The notes under the pieces: generated by a model
What the model was told of the DNA's origin: nothing
What the model saw: the letters and a program-made list of their open reading frames with translations, nothing else
Database searches by the model: none
From: the human T2T-CHM13v2.0 reference genome, Homo sapiens
Direction: 5' to 3'
NCBI GenBank assembly: GCA_009914755.4
Contig: CP086569.2
Span: 2,368,001 to 2,432,000 of the forward strand
Length of the DNA: 64,000 bases
Made by a program: the position numbers and the translations under genes
Shown here: one piece after another, positions 1 through 16,013 of the stretch
Position numbering within the stretch: position 1 is the stretch's first letter
How the letters are laid out: each line of letters begins with the position of its first letter

Positions 1-900
1 TGGGTGAGGGGGCGTGGGCAGTTTCCTGAGAAGGGGCGGGGCGTGTACCGTACTCCCCTCGGCGCTGCCTGGGCCACCCCCGCCCGCCTACCCCCTCTGT
101 CTCCTCCCCGAGCCCGGCGTTCCCGCCCCTTCTGTGCGCGCGTGGAGGCCGGGGCGGGGCGGGCGCAGCCGGCGCTGAGCTTGCAGGGCCGCTCCCCTCA
201 CCCGCCCCCTTCGAGTCCTCGGGCTTCGCCCCACCCGGCCCGTGGGGGAGTATCTGTCCTGCCGCCTTCGCCCACGCCCTGCACTCCGGGACCGTCCCTG
301 CGCGCTCTGGGCGCACCATGGCCCGCGGGGCTGCGCTGGCGCTGCTGCTCTTCGGCCTGCTGGGTGTTCTGGTCGCCGCCCCGGGTGAGCGAGCGGAGGG
401 ATCCGGGTTGGGGCACGCGGAGGGCGCGGGCCGGGACTGGGGATCCGCTTGAGATGCGGCGTTGGGGGCGCCCCGCGGGGACACCCGGAGCCTCCTCCCT
501 GCCCGGCAGGACGCGCTGTGCCCACGGGGGCCCAGGCCCGGAGGAGGCGCCCACTTTCTCCCCAACGCTTTTCCTGGAGCCGTTCCAGAGAGAAAAGTCA
601 GCGTTTGTTGTCGGAGTTGCAAACTCTTACATGTGGGGCGGCCTTGGGAGAGGTGCGTCCGATTCTTCCCAATCTAGGGGACCTTCTTACAGATCTCTCT
701 CCCTTTGCATGAGCCCCTCACCCCACCCCGTTATCTACCCCCAGGGTTTGGGGACCTGCGTCTTCAGGCCGCGCGCGGAGGCCGCCCTGGAGTTGCCTGT
801 CACAGCCACGCCCTGCGTCCCGGGCCTAAATTTGGAATCGCTAGGAGCCTGAGACCCGGGTGGTGGGGGGAAGGGAAGGAAAAGTTAGAAAAAAACTTCG
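1..900 (+). promoter_or_regulatory. CD99: CpG-island, TATA-less promoter and 5' UTR of CD99 (GC boxes, e.g. ggggcggggcgggcg at ~152-166)
   Basis: Very high GC and CpG density over the first ~900 bp, with Sp1-like GGGCGG boxes just upstream of the CD99 ATG at 318. The 282-aa ORF at 4-852 is a GC-rich artefact. Confidence 0.7.
318..384 (+). CDS. CD99: CD99 exon 1 coding part (signal peptide MARGAALALLLFGLLGVLVAAP, ends phase 1)
   Basis: The ATG at 318 lies in a Kozak-like context (caccATGg). Translation matches the CD99 N-terminus. A gtgagc donor lies at 385. Confidence 0.95.
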
Positions 901-2107
901 AGCCCTGAAAATGTTCAAAAATACTCTGTGGATGCGGGCTCCGGGAATTTCAGCGCGTGCTGTGCGCCAAGCAACACGGGGCGCAGAAAGAAACGTGTGC
1001 TTACCAAATTGTCCATCTGCGGCGGTGGAGAATTCGGAAAACAGAAAAAGTGGGCAGGGAAGAAAGAGCCACGGTCACCCTCCCACGCCCTAAACCGGGC
1101 CTATTTCTAATTATTACTTTAATCATGTTTTTCTGTTTCCCTCCCTTTGAAACGGAAACGGAGACCCTGCCGGATGTGGTATGTTATAAATTCTTTTTTC
1201 ATGTTATAAATTCTTTTTTCAATGGTCAGTGCATTTTTTGCTCTTCGTATGGGCAGGCTTTTAAGTAGACCGGCTTGCGGGCAGTGTGGACTTCAGGACG
1301 GGCCTTATCAGGGCTGGACGTATTTAGGAAGGAGACGCGGGAACGCCCGGCCCTGGGGAGGACGGAGGAGGCCCGATTTGTGTTGATAGGATCTAGCTCA
1401 GCCTAGAGCGGCGGTGACTAGGCCGGGTCTCTATTTTTAGGGAGGAGTTGCTAATGGATTTACACCCTCTTTAAAGGGGTCCCGGGTATCCTAGAAATTG
1501 TGCTTTCACTTGGTAGAGATTAGAGATAATGAAGCCTGCTCCGTAGAGGAAAACTTGGAGGACTTTCCAGCCTGCAGGGGAGGTTCCAAGCAGAGCTTCC
1601 TGTTTCTCCCTTTTCTTCCTAAATGTCCTTCTTGCGGGCAACCTGTCACCACGGACGGGATGGCTCTGTAGGGTTTTATCAGCTGCATTTGTTCCCCAGG
1701 CACCTGCAGATGAACGGGTTTTTCACTTGTCTCTCTGCGAATGCATTCCTTCATCCTTCATGCCTGCCTTCCTTCTTTTGCACCTACTGTGGGCTTGGGG
1801 TCAGGGAAATATATCCAAGGGAGTGCTGGTGGCCTAAGAATTCAGTTTCCTGGAGAACAGAGGCATCTGAACAGGCAGACGGGAGACAGGGCCACAGGGA
1901 CCTTTATAGTTCCATCACGAAATAACTCAGGGGTTCCCAGTGGTAAATCTTGGTGAGGGGCTTGGCTGGATTTTGAAGCCCTAGGGACAGATTTGCCGGC
2001 TGGTCTGGCGTTCCAGGTCATTGGAGCAGAGTGAGTGGAAAGCCTTATATTCTCTAAGCCCCAAACAAGTCGTTGCACAGTTTTTTTGTTTTTGTTGGTG
2101 GTGGTGG

Positions 2108-2180
2108 TTTTTTTTTTTTGGACGGAGTTTCACTCTGTCACCAGTCTGGAGTGTAGTGGCACGATGTCGGCTCATTGGCG
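2108..2180 (-). mobile_element. Alu fragment
   Basis: Poly-T followed by ggacggagtttcactctgtcacc...gtggcacgatgtcggctca, matching the Alu right-arm complement. Confidence 0.5.
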
Positions 2181-3425
2181 TTGCACAGTTTTTAAACCCA
2201 CAGCAGTGTTCATCTGGAACTCCTGATTTTGGAAGCAGACTGGGCTTAGGAACTCCAGCTGCTGATGCTTTGAGTAAAGGGAAGAGTACCTGTCTATGGG
2301 GTGGGTGGGTAGGGAAGAGCAGTGGGATAGGGGCATAACAGGGGCCAACCTATCCTTCCAATTGCAGAGGAGGGCCTGGCCGTCAGCACTGATGGATCTC
2401 CTTGAGGGACGCTTCTCACCCCTTCTTTGCAGTCTGACCCTGCTAGAGATGGAGACAGAAACAGCCTGTCCCAATAATATTAATACACGTTTCATCGGGA
2501 AAGTTGACTTTTGAGTTGGTGATGCTCAGAACACACTTTCTTATAGCAACATGCATCAGGCTGCAAAACCCCGTTGAGCCTGAAGTAGGTTCTCAGACTG
2601 GTGCTGATAGCTCTGGCCTGATCTCACAGTGTTGGGGACCCTGTGTTCCTTGGTTCCTTCATAAATTCTCAGGGGTACAGGTGGGATGTGGTGAGGGATG
2701 GATGGACAGAGGGAGGTGTATAGAGGAAAAGAGGAGGCTTCAGCTTTGTAGAGAGCAGGATGTCCCCACAGGGCGACGTTGGCCCCGAGGAGACACTTTG
2801 TGATGGTTGCAGACATTTTTGGTTGCCACCCTGGGGTGGGACATCCCACCATCCTGCAATGGGTGGGGCAGCTTAGGGAAGCTGCTCAGAATCTTTCAAG
2901 GGCCAGGACGGCCTCCAGCACAAAGAATTCATCTGGTCCCAAATGCCAGTGGTGTTGAGGGTGGAAAACCCTGAGGAGGGCTTGGGAGTTGCATGTATGC
3001 GCTGATTCAGGGCTGCCCCTGCAGTTAGGAGCCTGCCGTCCCGACAGTAGAGTCGCACACATCCGATGCATCCCTGCTCTCTGGCAAAGGCTGATTTGCC
3101 CCACCCCCCGGGGCAACGGCACAGCGGCCTGTGCGGTTTGAAAAACTCCAAACATCTACGGAACCGACATCTCTTGAACAATACCAGGCCTCTTCAGGAT
3201 TCCCTCGCCCCAGTAGAGCAAGTGTGGGCTTCGTTGTTTTTTTTTTTTTTTAACTCTCTCCAGAGCTCTTGTCTCCTGCCCCTGTGGGTGTGTGTGGAAG
3301 TTATTAGGAGAATGTTTCTGGGCAGAGGAAGTGGGTTTTATCATCCAGCGAGTTTGCCTTGATTTTCCATCAGCGCGTTTGGCTCTGGTAAAAGTTGATT
3401 GCTTTGCATTTAACTCCCTACTTTA

Positions 3426-3723
3426 GGCCGAGCACGGTGACTCAGGCCTGTAAATCCCAGCACTTTGAGAGGCCGAGGCCGGTGGGTCACATGAGGCCAA
3501 GAGTTCGAGACCAGCCTGGCCAACATGGCAAAACCCCGACTCTACTAAAAATACAAAAATTAGCCGGGCGTGGTGGTGAGCGCCTATAATCCCAGCTACT
3601 CAGGAGGCTGAGGCAGGAAAATCACTTCAGCCCGGGAAGCAGAAGTTGCAGTGAGCTGAGATCGTGTCACCGCATTATGGCCTGGGTAACAGAGAGAGAC
3701 TCAGTCTCAAAGAAAAAAAAAAA
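3426..3723 (+). mobile_element. Alu (full length)
   Basis: ggccgagcacggtgactcaggcctgtaaatcccagcactttg ... gtctcaaagaaaaaaaaaaa. Confidence 0.9.
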
Positions 3724-4169
3724 CTTCCTGCTTTAGCTCTTTCTCCTTTCTCTGTGTATGAGACAGAGTTTTCATGTAAAGACAAATACATGTCTTTACA
3801 CTTTGGAGATACTCAAGTAAATGATTGTTTGTCTGGAAATCATTTTTCTTCCTGAAGGTCCTATGGTGGGTACATGCTGTCATTTAGAAAGAAATGCAGC
3901 TCATACAATACTTTTCCCAATTCAGCATTTAGGAATCATGGCGGGATTTCATGGATACTGTCTGGAATGTTTTCGGACTCAGATATCTTCCCCCGGGGAA
4001 ATAGACTTCTCAGTAGCCACGTGGACCTTGTGCTGGTTTTCAGTCCTGCTGAAAATGTTCTGAGCACTCTTGTTACTTTAGGGGAAAAGAATTACGTGTC
4101 CTTTGTGATTTATAGACACAGTAAGAAATAAGACCTGTGTGTCTCTCGGGGTGCGAAGGAGGAAAAGTC

Positions 4170-4376
4170 TTTTTTTTTTTGAGATGGAATTTTCCTCTGT
4201 TGTCCAGGCTGGAGTGAAGTGGCACGATCTCAGCTCATGGCAATCTCTCCATCTCAGGTTCAAGCAGTTCTCCTGCCTCAGCCTCCCAATTAGCTGGGAC
4301 TACAGGCATGCACTGCATATCTGGCTAATTTTTGTATGTTTAGTAGAGAAGGGGTTTCACTATGTTGACCAGGCTG
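4170..4376 (-). mobile_element. Alu (partial)
   Basis: Poly-T, then gagatggaattttcctctgttgtccaggctggagtgaagtggcacgatctcagctca. Confidence 0.8.
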
Positions 4377-4383
4377 AAAAATA

Positions 4384-4583
<200 letters not shown>

Positions 4584-4594
4584 AAAAAAAAGTC

Positions 4595-4927
<333 letters not shown>

Positions 4928-5349
4928 TGACTCCTCTAACCAAAGACAGGGAAAAACAAACCAAACTTTATTAACATGCGTTTTTCATTGATACATGGGA
5001 GATACCTAGAAATGGGTAGTTTTCAAGGAAGTGGCTTGGATTCTAGCTGCTCTAGTACCCTCAACAAAGAACAGTCCATTTTTAGAGAATTGGCAGAGAA
5101 AGACAAAGGACTTTGAGTCTTCAGGGGCAGCAACAAAATGGCAGAGAAAGGCTGGTTATTGAAGCTTGTTCATTCTGAGTCCTGTGTTCCATGTCCCAGG
5201 CCCATGTGGATTTTCTGCTGTCTTCCGTGCTTCACCTCTGTTCTCCCAGTTGGGGAGGTGGGGTTCGGATTGCTTGTGAATGTGGGCTCATCGTTGCTGG
5301 TGTAGCTGCAGGCTGCAGGCTGTCCAGGGCTTGAGGATTTGCTGATATT

Positions 5350-5625
<276 letters not shown>

Positions 5626-7124
5626 TATTCTTTTTTGATTTATTCCCAGTCTCTTGGCTGAAACATGGTAGCTCACCAGCATTTCTACTCCCATTTGTCC
5701 AACTGACGGTATCTTTTCACATCTCTAGAGACCAGAAGGACTTCCTCTTCTTGAATTTCCTGTTCAGTATTCTTTCTTGGCTTGGTTCCTTGGTGAGTTT
5801 TGAGGAGATGGTGCATGGGTGTGTTTTTCGGCTTTGTTTTAGTATGACTCAGGGTTGCCACCATGCCTTGTACGGTCTCCTAGTCATAGTATTAAAGTTT
5901 CCGCTTAGCAGGAAACCAGAAACTTCCTTTCTTCTCCCCCAGAGTCAGATTCAAACCAGTGTTTCTCAAGTGGGCTGTGAAAGTAGCTTGCAGCCACCCA
6001 CCTTGCAAAGAAGAAAATTCAACAGAGGAGAGGAGAAAATGCCCACAGGGTACATGGAAAGCCTTGCTAAAGAAGCCGCATGGGCAAAGCTTTTGTTCCG
6101 CTCCCTCTGTCCCGGTGGGCTGGGCTGAGATATAATATATGTTTGTCATTGTGGACGGCAGCTGGATGAGTCTGAAAGCGGTTGCAAACCCCTTTAATTC
6201 ACTTTGCTTTCTCAACTTTGAATGGTGTCGTGGGCTGGGGTGGGTCCCCTGTTTTTGAGAATCACCTGAAAGAGTCTGATTTTCTGCATCTTTTCGGGGA
6301 GTAAAGCTGTTGCTCCAAAGCGCTGTTTAAAAGCTGATAATAGTGTATCTGGTTGAGCTAACAGCCCTTCTTGAGGAGGCAGCAGACTGGCCAGAGGGTT
6401 CTGCAGGCATTACTCATCAGCGACACCTGAGTTTGCCCAGGTAGCCTGACTCTTGTTTGTTTCTGCTTTGCCTGACCCTGCAAAATTATTGTCCAAATGC
6501 ACCCTGGCAAGCATTGATCCACGAGGGGATGCTGACCAGAAGGAGCTTTCGTTTCTGCACGATGGACTGGAACACGATGGACTGGAATGATGACAAGAAT
6601 AAACACACTGCATTGTCTTTTAGGGCCAATGGACTTGGAGGCATAGAGATTTTATAACTACTGCCAGAACCCAAATATTGCCAGTCGGCCTCTTCTGCTG
6701 CTGTTGCTAGCTGTCTTCTTCTGGGGGAAATGGGTTGGGTTCTAAATATGAATTAACACAGGGCTGTCTTCGATGAATTCAGCACAAAATGTTCTCAGCA
6801 ATTGAACACTCGGAGAGAAGTGTTAGGCATTTAGTGCAGACTCATAGAATAGCAGGACAGGGAGGGATTTGGATCTGGGCAAGCAGGAGATGGATATGAA
6901 CATCTGTCTTTTGAGACCGTGCCGAGGTGGCAATGAAGGTAGAGGCCCCCTGTGTTGAGGTCTTTACTCAAGAGGCTGTGGTCCTTTGGGACTAACATAG
7001 CATCCGATAGACAGACAAGATGGACAGCTACAGCCACCTATGGGAAGCGGTTTCTACTCTTAAACCACAAGCCCCTAGACACTCATCATATCATAAACAT
7101 ATCACCGGGCAGTGGCTTGCAATC

Positions 7125-7425
7125 TTTTTTTTTCTTTGTTTCTTTTTTTTTTTTTTTTTAGACTTGCCCAGGCCGGAGTGCAGTGGCACGATTGTAGCTC
7201 ACTGCAGTCTTGACCTCCTGGGTGCAGGTGAATCTCTCACCTCAGCCTTCCAAGGAGCTGGGACCACAGGCATGTGCCACCCTCAGCTAATTTTTAAAAT
7301 CTTTTTGTAGAATCGGAGTCTGACTACATTGCCCAGGCTGGTCTTGAACTCCTGGGCTCAAGCAAACCTCTCGCCTCAGCTTCCCAAAGTGCTGGGGTTA
7401 CAGGCGTGAGCCACCATGCTCAGCC
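7125..7425 (-). mobile_element. Alu (full length)
   Basis: Poly-T, then agacttgcccaggccggagtgcagtggcacg ... ggcgtgagccaccatgctcagcc. Confidence 0.85.
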
Positions 7426-7433
7426 TGCAATCA

Positions 7434-7640
7434 TTTTTTTTGAGACAGGATCTCACTCTGTCGCCCAGGCTGAAGTGCAGTGGTGTGATCTCAGCTCACT
7501 GCAGCCTCGAACCCCCAGGCTCAGGTGACCTGCCCACCTTAGCCTTCTGTGTAGTTGGGACTATGGGCACATGCCACCACACTCAATTAATTTTTACCTT
7601 TTTTGTAGATACAGAGTTTTGTTCTGTCGCCCAGGCTGGT
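7434..7640 (-). mobile_element. Alu (partial)
   Basis: tttttttgagacaggatctcactctgtcgcccaggctgaagtgcagtgg... Confidence 0.8.
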
Positions 7641-7885
7641 GGACATATTTTAATCCTACAGAGTCCAGGCTAAAAACACACCAGTAACTGTGATGCCCAT
7701 CCCTCCTGCATTCCTGATTTCTGAGTGATGGTTTCAGACACAAACCTGCTTGACCACCCTCCAGTAGCTCTTGCTGACCTAGATCCGAGGTTCTCAGCTT
7801 TGGCCCCATTGCGGGAAGCTTGGAAACGTCACTCTTGCCCAGGGTTACCTGGGTAGTCTGGTTTATAGACGTGTTAGGTGTTTTA

Positions 7886-8424
<539 letters not shown>

Positions 8425-8455
<31 letters not shown>

Positions 8456-8712
8456 TCTCACTCTGTCACCAGGCTGGAGTGCAGCGATGCAATCTTGGCT
8501 CGCTGCAACCTCTGCCACCCAGGTTCAAGTGATTCTTCTGCCTCAGCCTCCCTCAGGCGTGAGCTGGCACGCCCAGCCAAATTTTTCATTTTTTGTAGAG
8601 ACAGGGTCTCCCTATGTTGCCCAGTTTAGTCCTGAACTCCTGAGTTCAAGCCATCCACCTGCCTTGGCCTGGCAAAGTCTTGGGTTTATAGGCGGGAGCC
8701 ACTGCATCCCGC
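8425..8712 (-). mobile_element. Alu (diverged)
   Basis: Poly-T, then acagagtctcactctgtcaccaggctggagtgcagcgatgcaatcttggctcgctgc... Confidence 0.8.
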
Positions 8713-9289
8713 TATTAGGAATTTTTAAAAAGCCCCTCGGAGGGTCTTCATGTGTGGCTGAGTTGTCAAGAATCATTGTTATTTTACTAGATATTCTGTT
8801 TCTTCCCTCCTACATGAGATTTCCCATGACCGCCTCTCGGATGTGAATGTCTATGCCATGGATTACATTTTTCAAAGAGCATTCAGTTTGTTATTTCATC
8901 TTCAGCGAGCCCTTAAGATATTTCTCATGGGCCTTTTGTAGATAAAGACACTGGGGTCAGAGAGTTCAGGAGCTTGCTGGTGATCACATGGTCAGCATGG
9001 GGAAAAATGCATGTGGACATGAGTTCTGTTGGTGGTGAGACGTGGGCACAGGGGTTGCTGGGCTTGGGAGTTGGTGGCTGCGTGTGTGGGCTGAACAGAG
9101 CTCCCCAGGCACGGCCTTGTGGACCTTGAGGGATGCCTGCCTTCACCACTAGTGTGACTTGAAGGGGAGGAGAATGTCCTGAATCAGTGATGGGCATTTT
9201 GATATGGAAGAGAACTCCCTTGAATCCTGGTGGTGAACTTAGACCAGTCACTGAGGCCTCTCCAGCTCCTCAGGGTCTCCGTGTTCTAG

Positions 9290-10240
9290 GTATCCATGTG
9301 TCCTTCCATCCATTTATCCATCCATTTATGCATCCATGCATCCATCCAGCCATGCATCCTCCTTTTATCCATCCATCCATCAACCCATCCTCCCATTCAT
9401 TTACCCATCCATCCGTTCGTCCATCCATCCATCCATCAACCCATCCTCCCATTCATTTACCCATCCATCCATTCATCCATGCATCCATCCATCCATGCGT
9501 GCATCCATCCATCCATTTATCCATCCATCCATCCATCCATCCGTCGTCCCATTCCTTTATCCATCCGTTAATGCACCTGTCCATCCATCCATCCATTCTC
9601 CATTCATCTTTCCATCCATGCATCATCCATGCATCCATCCTTTTAGTTCATCCAGCCACTCATCAATTGATACATCCATCTGTCCACCATCCACTCATCT
9701 ATCCATCCATTCACCCATCCTTTCATCAATTTACCCATCTACCATCCATCCATTTATCCGTTCACCCATTCATCTATCCATCTGTCCATCCATCCACCTA
9801 TCTGTTCATCCATCCATCCATTCATCTATCCATCCATCCACCTACTCACCCACCCACCCATCCATCCACCCACCCAACCATCCATCCACCCAACCATCCA
9901 TCCATACCTCCATCCGTCTACCCACCCACTCATCCACTTAACTACCCATCCATCCACTTATCCATGCATTCATCCATCCATCCACCTACCTACTCACCCA
10001 CCTAAACTCATCTATCCACTCAACCATCCATCCACCTATCCACCCTTACCTCCATCCATCCCCTTACTGCCCATCTTTCCACTCATCCCATCCAACTACC
10101 CATCCATCCACCCAGCTGTCCACCCAACCATCCACCCACTCACTAATTTATCCACTCACCCACGCATGCATCCATCCATCCATCCATCCACCCACCCATT
10201 TACCCACCCACCCATCCATCCACTTACCTGCCTGTCCATC
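9290..10240. repeat. (CCAT)n / (ATCC)n-rich minisatellite-like array (~950 bp) in CD99 intron 1
   Basis: Long runs of ccatccatccat interspersed with variant units (cattcat, ccacc). They produce the spurious His-Pro-Ser-Ile ORFs at 9187-10005. Confidence 0.9.
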
Positions 10241-11652
10241 CACCCTCCCAGTCCATGGCTCTTTCATGTATTCCTTCAGCCAGCATAGGTTGAAGTTAAA
10301 TGTACTATTGGTGCTATTTGCTGTGGTCCCTGTTTTTTGTTCTCTGCTTTGGAGGTAACAACCAGGGCATCAATTTGGGCATAAAAGCACCATTGTGGAT
10401 GGAAGGCCTGGATGTCTGGAGGCACAGAGCAGGGACTACACTTGTTCAGGGGGTCAGAGAGAGTTCTCCCAGGAGGGGCCCTCCCTGGACACTGAGCTTC
10501 CAAGAATGAGCAGAGGAAACCAGGTGTAAGGAAGAGGAAGGGCCTCTTCTCAGCCTGGTAGACAAGCAGTAAGAGTGATGATGGGGCAGCTGCAGTTCAT
10601 CTCAGACTAGAGGAGCTGCAGGGGCCAGATGGTGGGCAACCTCTGTTGCCACTGCTGAGGAGTGCAGATTTAAGCTCCCCTGAAGGGTTTGACGCAGACA
10701 GCTGTGCGGGGACGCTTAACCTGCCTAAGGCCCGTCTTTGGGTAACAGCATGCAGAACAGGTGGGAGGGGCTGGGGCTATTTTTGGCAGAGCGTGGATAA
10801 GTCAGTGGAGATAGAAGAGAAGGCACAAGCTATTTTAGGAGATATTGAGGAAGTTAAAATCTGTAACAGGTCCCTGCCTGCAGAGTTGACCACACGTTTG
10901 CATCACATGGGTAGGCTTTAAAATATAGATGCCTGCATCTCACCTTGGAAAGTTTCTGATTTAATTAGCCTGGGCATCAGGACTTAGGAAAACCCCACAG
11001 ATGTGTGTAATTTGCTGCTGGAGTTGAGAACTGGGGTGCGGAGCTGTGCTCCTTAAACTGTAATGTGCTTACAGATCACCTCTGGTAATACTTGTGAGAA
11101 AGCGCTTCAGGTGGGCTAGGGAGAGGATCACGGAGGGCTTCCTGGAGAAGGTGACATTCTCCCAGGGCCTTGAGGGGTGAATAGACATTTTCCAGGTTCA
11201 GAAAGAAGGAATGGGCTTTCATGGCCAGGTAGAGGATCCAATGAGGCAGACGAGGGGCCCAAATTCTGTGACCCCCTACCCCTACCCCACCCCCAGGATG
11301 CCCCTGTATCAGTCCCATGGTGTAACAACCAAATTCACAAGATGCTGCAGAGGGGAAGAGATTTTAAATTTTCTGAGAAAGACAATGATATATTTTGGAC
11401 ACCATGAGAAATACTGTTATTAACTTGTTTTAACCTAGGTACACGCAATCTTCATCATTCAGTGATTCTGTATTTGTGACTTGCCTGCTTACTAAAATGT
11501 ATTTGTCATCCCCACATCAATATTCCTGGCATTTAATTTTTTTATTTTAAACTTTCATTTTAGGTTCGGGGATACATGTGAAAGTTTGTGACTTAGGTAA
11601 ACATGTGTCATGAGGTTTTGTTGTACAGATTATTTCATCACTGTGGTATTAA

Positions 11653-12045
<393 letters not shown>

Positions 12046-12560
12046 AGAATTGAGCTTCTCAATAGCACATGTTCTCAGCTGAGGTTCAACAAAGCCAGAC
12101 CCTGCCTTCTCGGGCCAGCGCGTACTGTCAACAGGGTTCTTTGCAAGGTCTATTTGGTGTCCCGTGTTTTGTGTTTTCGTGCTTTTTGTCAGTGATTTTG
12201 CGCTTTCAAATATCCCCAAGTCGGTGCTGACATGCTACCTAGCGTCCCTAAGTACAGGAAAGCTGGCATGGTCTCACGGGGAAAATACACATTTGATGAG
12301 CGTCATTTAGGCACGAGTTATAGTGCTGTTGGCTTCGAGATCAATGTGAGTGACTCCACAATGTCTATTCACTGCGGTGTCTTTAAACAGAAACCCACAT
12401 AAAACGCGCTTAGGTAGTGATTGGTTCATGACCTCTGGGAACGTAGTCCTGTATTTACGTGGGAGCAATAGTTCACTATTCGCTAATTCAGTGTTCGCTG
12501 AGACTTTATAAAACGTAACTGCTTTGAATAACAAAGCTGTAATTAACAAACCGAGCTGTT

Positions 12561-12562
<2 letters not shown>

Positions 12563-12614
<52 letters not shown>
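12563..12614. repeat. (GT)26 microsatellite
   Basis: Uninterrupted gtgtgt... run of 52 bp. Confidence 0.95.
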
Positions 12615-12615
<1 letters not shown>

Positions 12616-13367
12616 GGCCTCACATCATTTTACAGAGACACACAGGGCTCTGTGAACTGCTAATAGTTGGGACCGGCGGAGGGGTTATTTCAAGCTAGTC
12701 CAAAACTGCAGGGCAGAGACCACTTTGAAAGGAGATCAGCAGTCGGGGAGTGGCTGGGATGAAGTTGGAAAAAGTGCTGAGGCCCCTAAGTCAGTTTCCG
12801 GTGTTTCCACGTTAGCCTTGGGGGGTGATCACTCAGTTTCCTGTAGGGATGGGATCTGGGCTGGCATCTGCCTGTGGAAGGGGTGACAGGGACGGAGAGC
12901 AGGGAACCCCGAGCAGCCCTGCCTTGCTGTTGTCTGAGCCTCAGAACTCCTGAAGGCGGGGTCCTTCAGCATCACCCTGGAGTTTGTTAAAAATGCAGGC
13001 TCATGAGCCTCACCCCAGACCACAGAACGAAAATGTCTGGGGGTGAGACCCAGGATTCCACGTCTCCCCAGGTCCCTCGCAGGGCGATTCTGAGAACTGC
13101 CGGTGTGAGGCGTGCTCAGCCCAGCCCAAACATTCACACCATTCTTTGGCCTCTTGTAAAACTTGGCGTAGCTCAGGGGACGTTCCCAGAGTTATGGCAC
13201 ACGAACAAAAGAAAGTTTCCCACTTCTTACCAAACATATTGTAAAATTACAGGAAAGAGCTTGTTCTTTCACGTCTATACCCTTGTGCCGTCGTCCTAGT
13301 TAGGATGAAGCCGAGATGTTACCTTGTACCTTAGGCCACCGCAGACAAGGAAGTATATGCAGTTTAA

Positions 13368-13685
<318 letters not shown>

Positions 13686-13686
13686 T

Positions 13687-13977
13687 ATTTTTTGGAGGCA
13701 GGGTCTCTCTCTGTTGCCCAGGCTGGAGTGCCGTGGTGCAGTGTCAGCTCCCTGCAATCTCAACCTCCACAAGCGCAGGCCATCCTCCCGCCTCAGCCTC
13801 CCAAGTAGCTGGGACCATGGGAGTGCGTCACAACACCTGTCTAATTTTTGCATTTTTTGTAGAGACGGGGTTTCATCATGTTGCCCAGGCTGCTGTTGAA
13901 CTCCTGGGCTCAAGCAATCCTCCCACCTTGGCCTCCCAAAGTGTTGGGATTATAGGCGTGAGCCACTGTACCCGGCC
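13687..13977 (-). mobile_element. Alu
   Basis: ttttggaggcagggtctctctctgttgcccaggctggagtgccgtggtgcagtgtcagctc ... gcgtgagccactgtacccggcc. Confidence 0.85.
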
Positions 13978-15041
13978 ACCTATGTATAATTTTCAAGCTA
14001 AGAAGACAGAGAGACGAGTTTAACTATTGCTACAGACATGAAGCCCTTCCCTTTCCATAGTTTGCTAGCAGAGAGTGTTTCCAGGGCCCGGCGGCCACTA
14101 TCACCCACTGCGTTCATAGCTTTCCATGGGGTGAACAGATTGCGCTGGACTCAGCGGTTAAATCTAAAGTGTAGGATGTTTGGTGAACTCGGAGTTCCTT
14201 GCACTTGTCTGTGATCTGGCACATTGTGTTTTCTGTACTCAGATATGCAGTCACTGGCACACATCCTGTTACTGACGGGAAGCTGGACCCAGCACTGGAG
14301 TATTTCTGAGACTATGACACTCTGGTGTATTCCTGAAACTATTTATGACACTATTAAGCTCTTTTCTGTAATTTTACAATATGTTTGGTAAGATCTCAGC
14401 GCCAGATTTTTTTAAATGATGTGTTTATTTCTTTTAATTGACAAATACACATTGTATGTGTTTATGCGGTTGCACATGGTGTCTTGATGTATGTATCCAT
14501 GGTGAGATGGATTTAAATATGCATGACCTCACAGACTTTGCAGCACTTTTTTGTGTGTGGTGAGAACACTTATTCAGAATGGGCTCCTTTAGTCGTTTTC
14601 AAATATTCAAGCCATTGTTACTAATTGCAGTCGCCATGGTGTCTCTGAGCTTTCCTGAAGTTATTTGTCCTGTCTCATGGACGCTTTGTGCCCTGTGACC
14701 GATCGTCTGCCCGGTGTTAAATGACACATCTTGAAAAAGAGGACAATACTTCCAGAGCGATTCGGTTTTATAGCAACAGAAAAGTAAGGGTGTTTTGACC
14801 ATTTGAATAAAATAGTAAAATGAAATGTATCAGCTGCCTCCTGCTATTCCCACACAGGAGGACTTCCGGTGCTTGCTCCAATGTGGAGGCATTTTCTCTT
14901 GCAGCATTCTGAGCTACAATTATCTCTAGGCTGGGGACCCTTCCCGAGGCCCCCCAAACCTGGAATGAAAGTTTTTAGGGTCAGACCATGTGACTGGTTC
15001 CACTCGACCTCCAAAACGTTAAAAAGAAAAAAAAAAAAAGA

Positions 15042-15460
<419 letters not shown>

Positions 15461-15785
15461 TTAGTGGGCTTTGGAAAAGGGTGTGGAAAACCAGCAGGAG
15501 CAGATGAGTACTGGAGTGGCCAGCAGCAGGTGTGAACACCCTGGGGTGATGCTGGGGCTGAGTGAATTGGACATTTTTCAGCAGGGACACCCAGGCCAGT
15601 GGCGGGTCTTCATCCTCCCACCCTTAATGGAGATGAACGGCATTATTGAGAAAGCTGCAGGCACACACAGAGCACTGCTTAAATGATGTCCCTGGCTGCT
15701 GCTGTTACTATGTAATGATTGTGTTATTCTTATGAAAATCTGAAAGTTACAGGAATCTTGGAACTGCCTAATTTTTTTTAATTAA

Positions 15786-15964
<179 letters not shown>

Positions 15965-16013
15965 TGAAACACCTGAATGATGTGATGATGGGGTTTAAGA
16001 TAACCCAAGTGTT

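Noticed and set aside
4-852. 282-aa + ORF and overlapping - ORFs across the start of the window
   Set aside because: They lie in the GC-rich CpG island. The product is an Arg/Pro/Gly-rich low-complexity translation that runs through the genuine CD99 ATG region out of frame. This is a promoter and 5' UTR, not an independent gene.
1182-1230. 20-bp perfect tandem duplication (atgttataaattcttttttc x2) just downstream of the CpG island
   Set aside because: It is real but tiny and of no evident function. It is noted only as a local slippage duplication.
9187-10005. 272-aa ORF (HPSIHPS... repeats) plus overlapping 201-aa and 91-aa ORFs
   Set aside because: It is a translation of the (CCAT)n minisatellite, with no codon structure and repeats in all frames.
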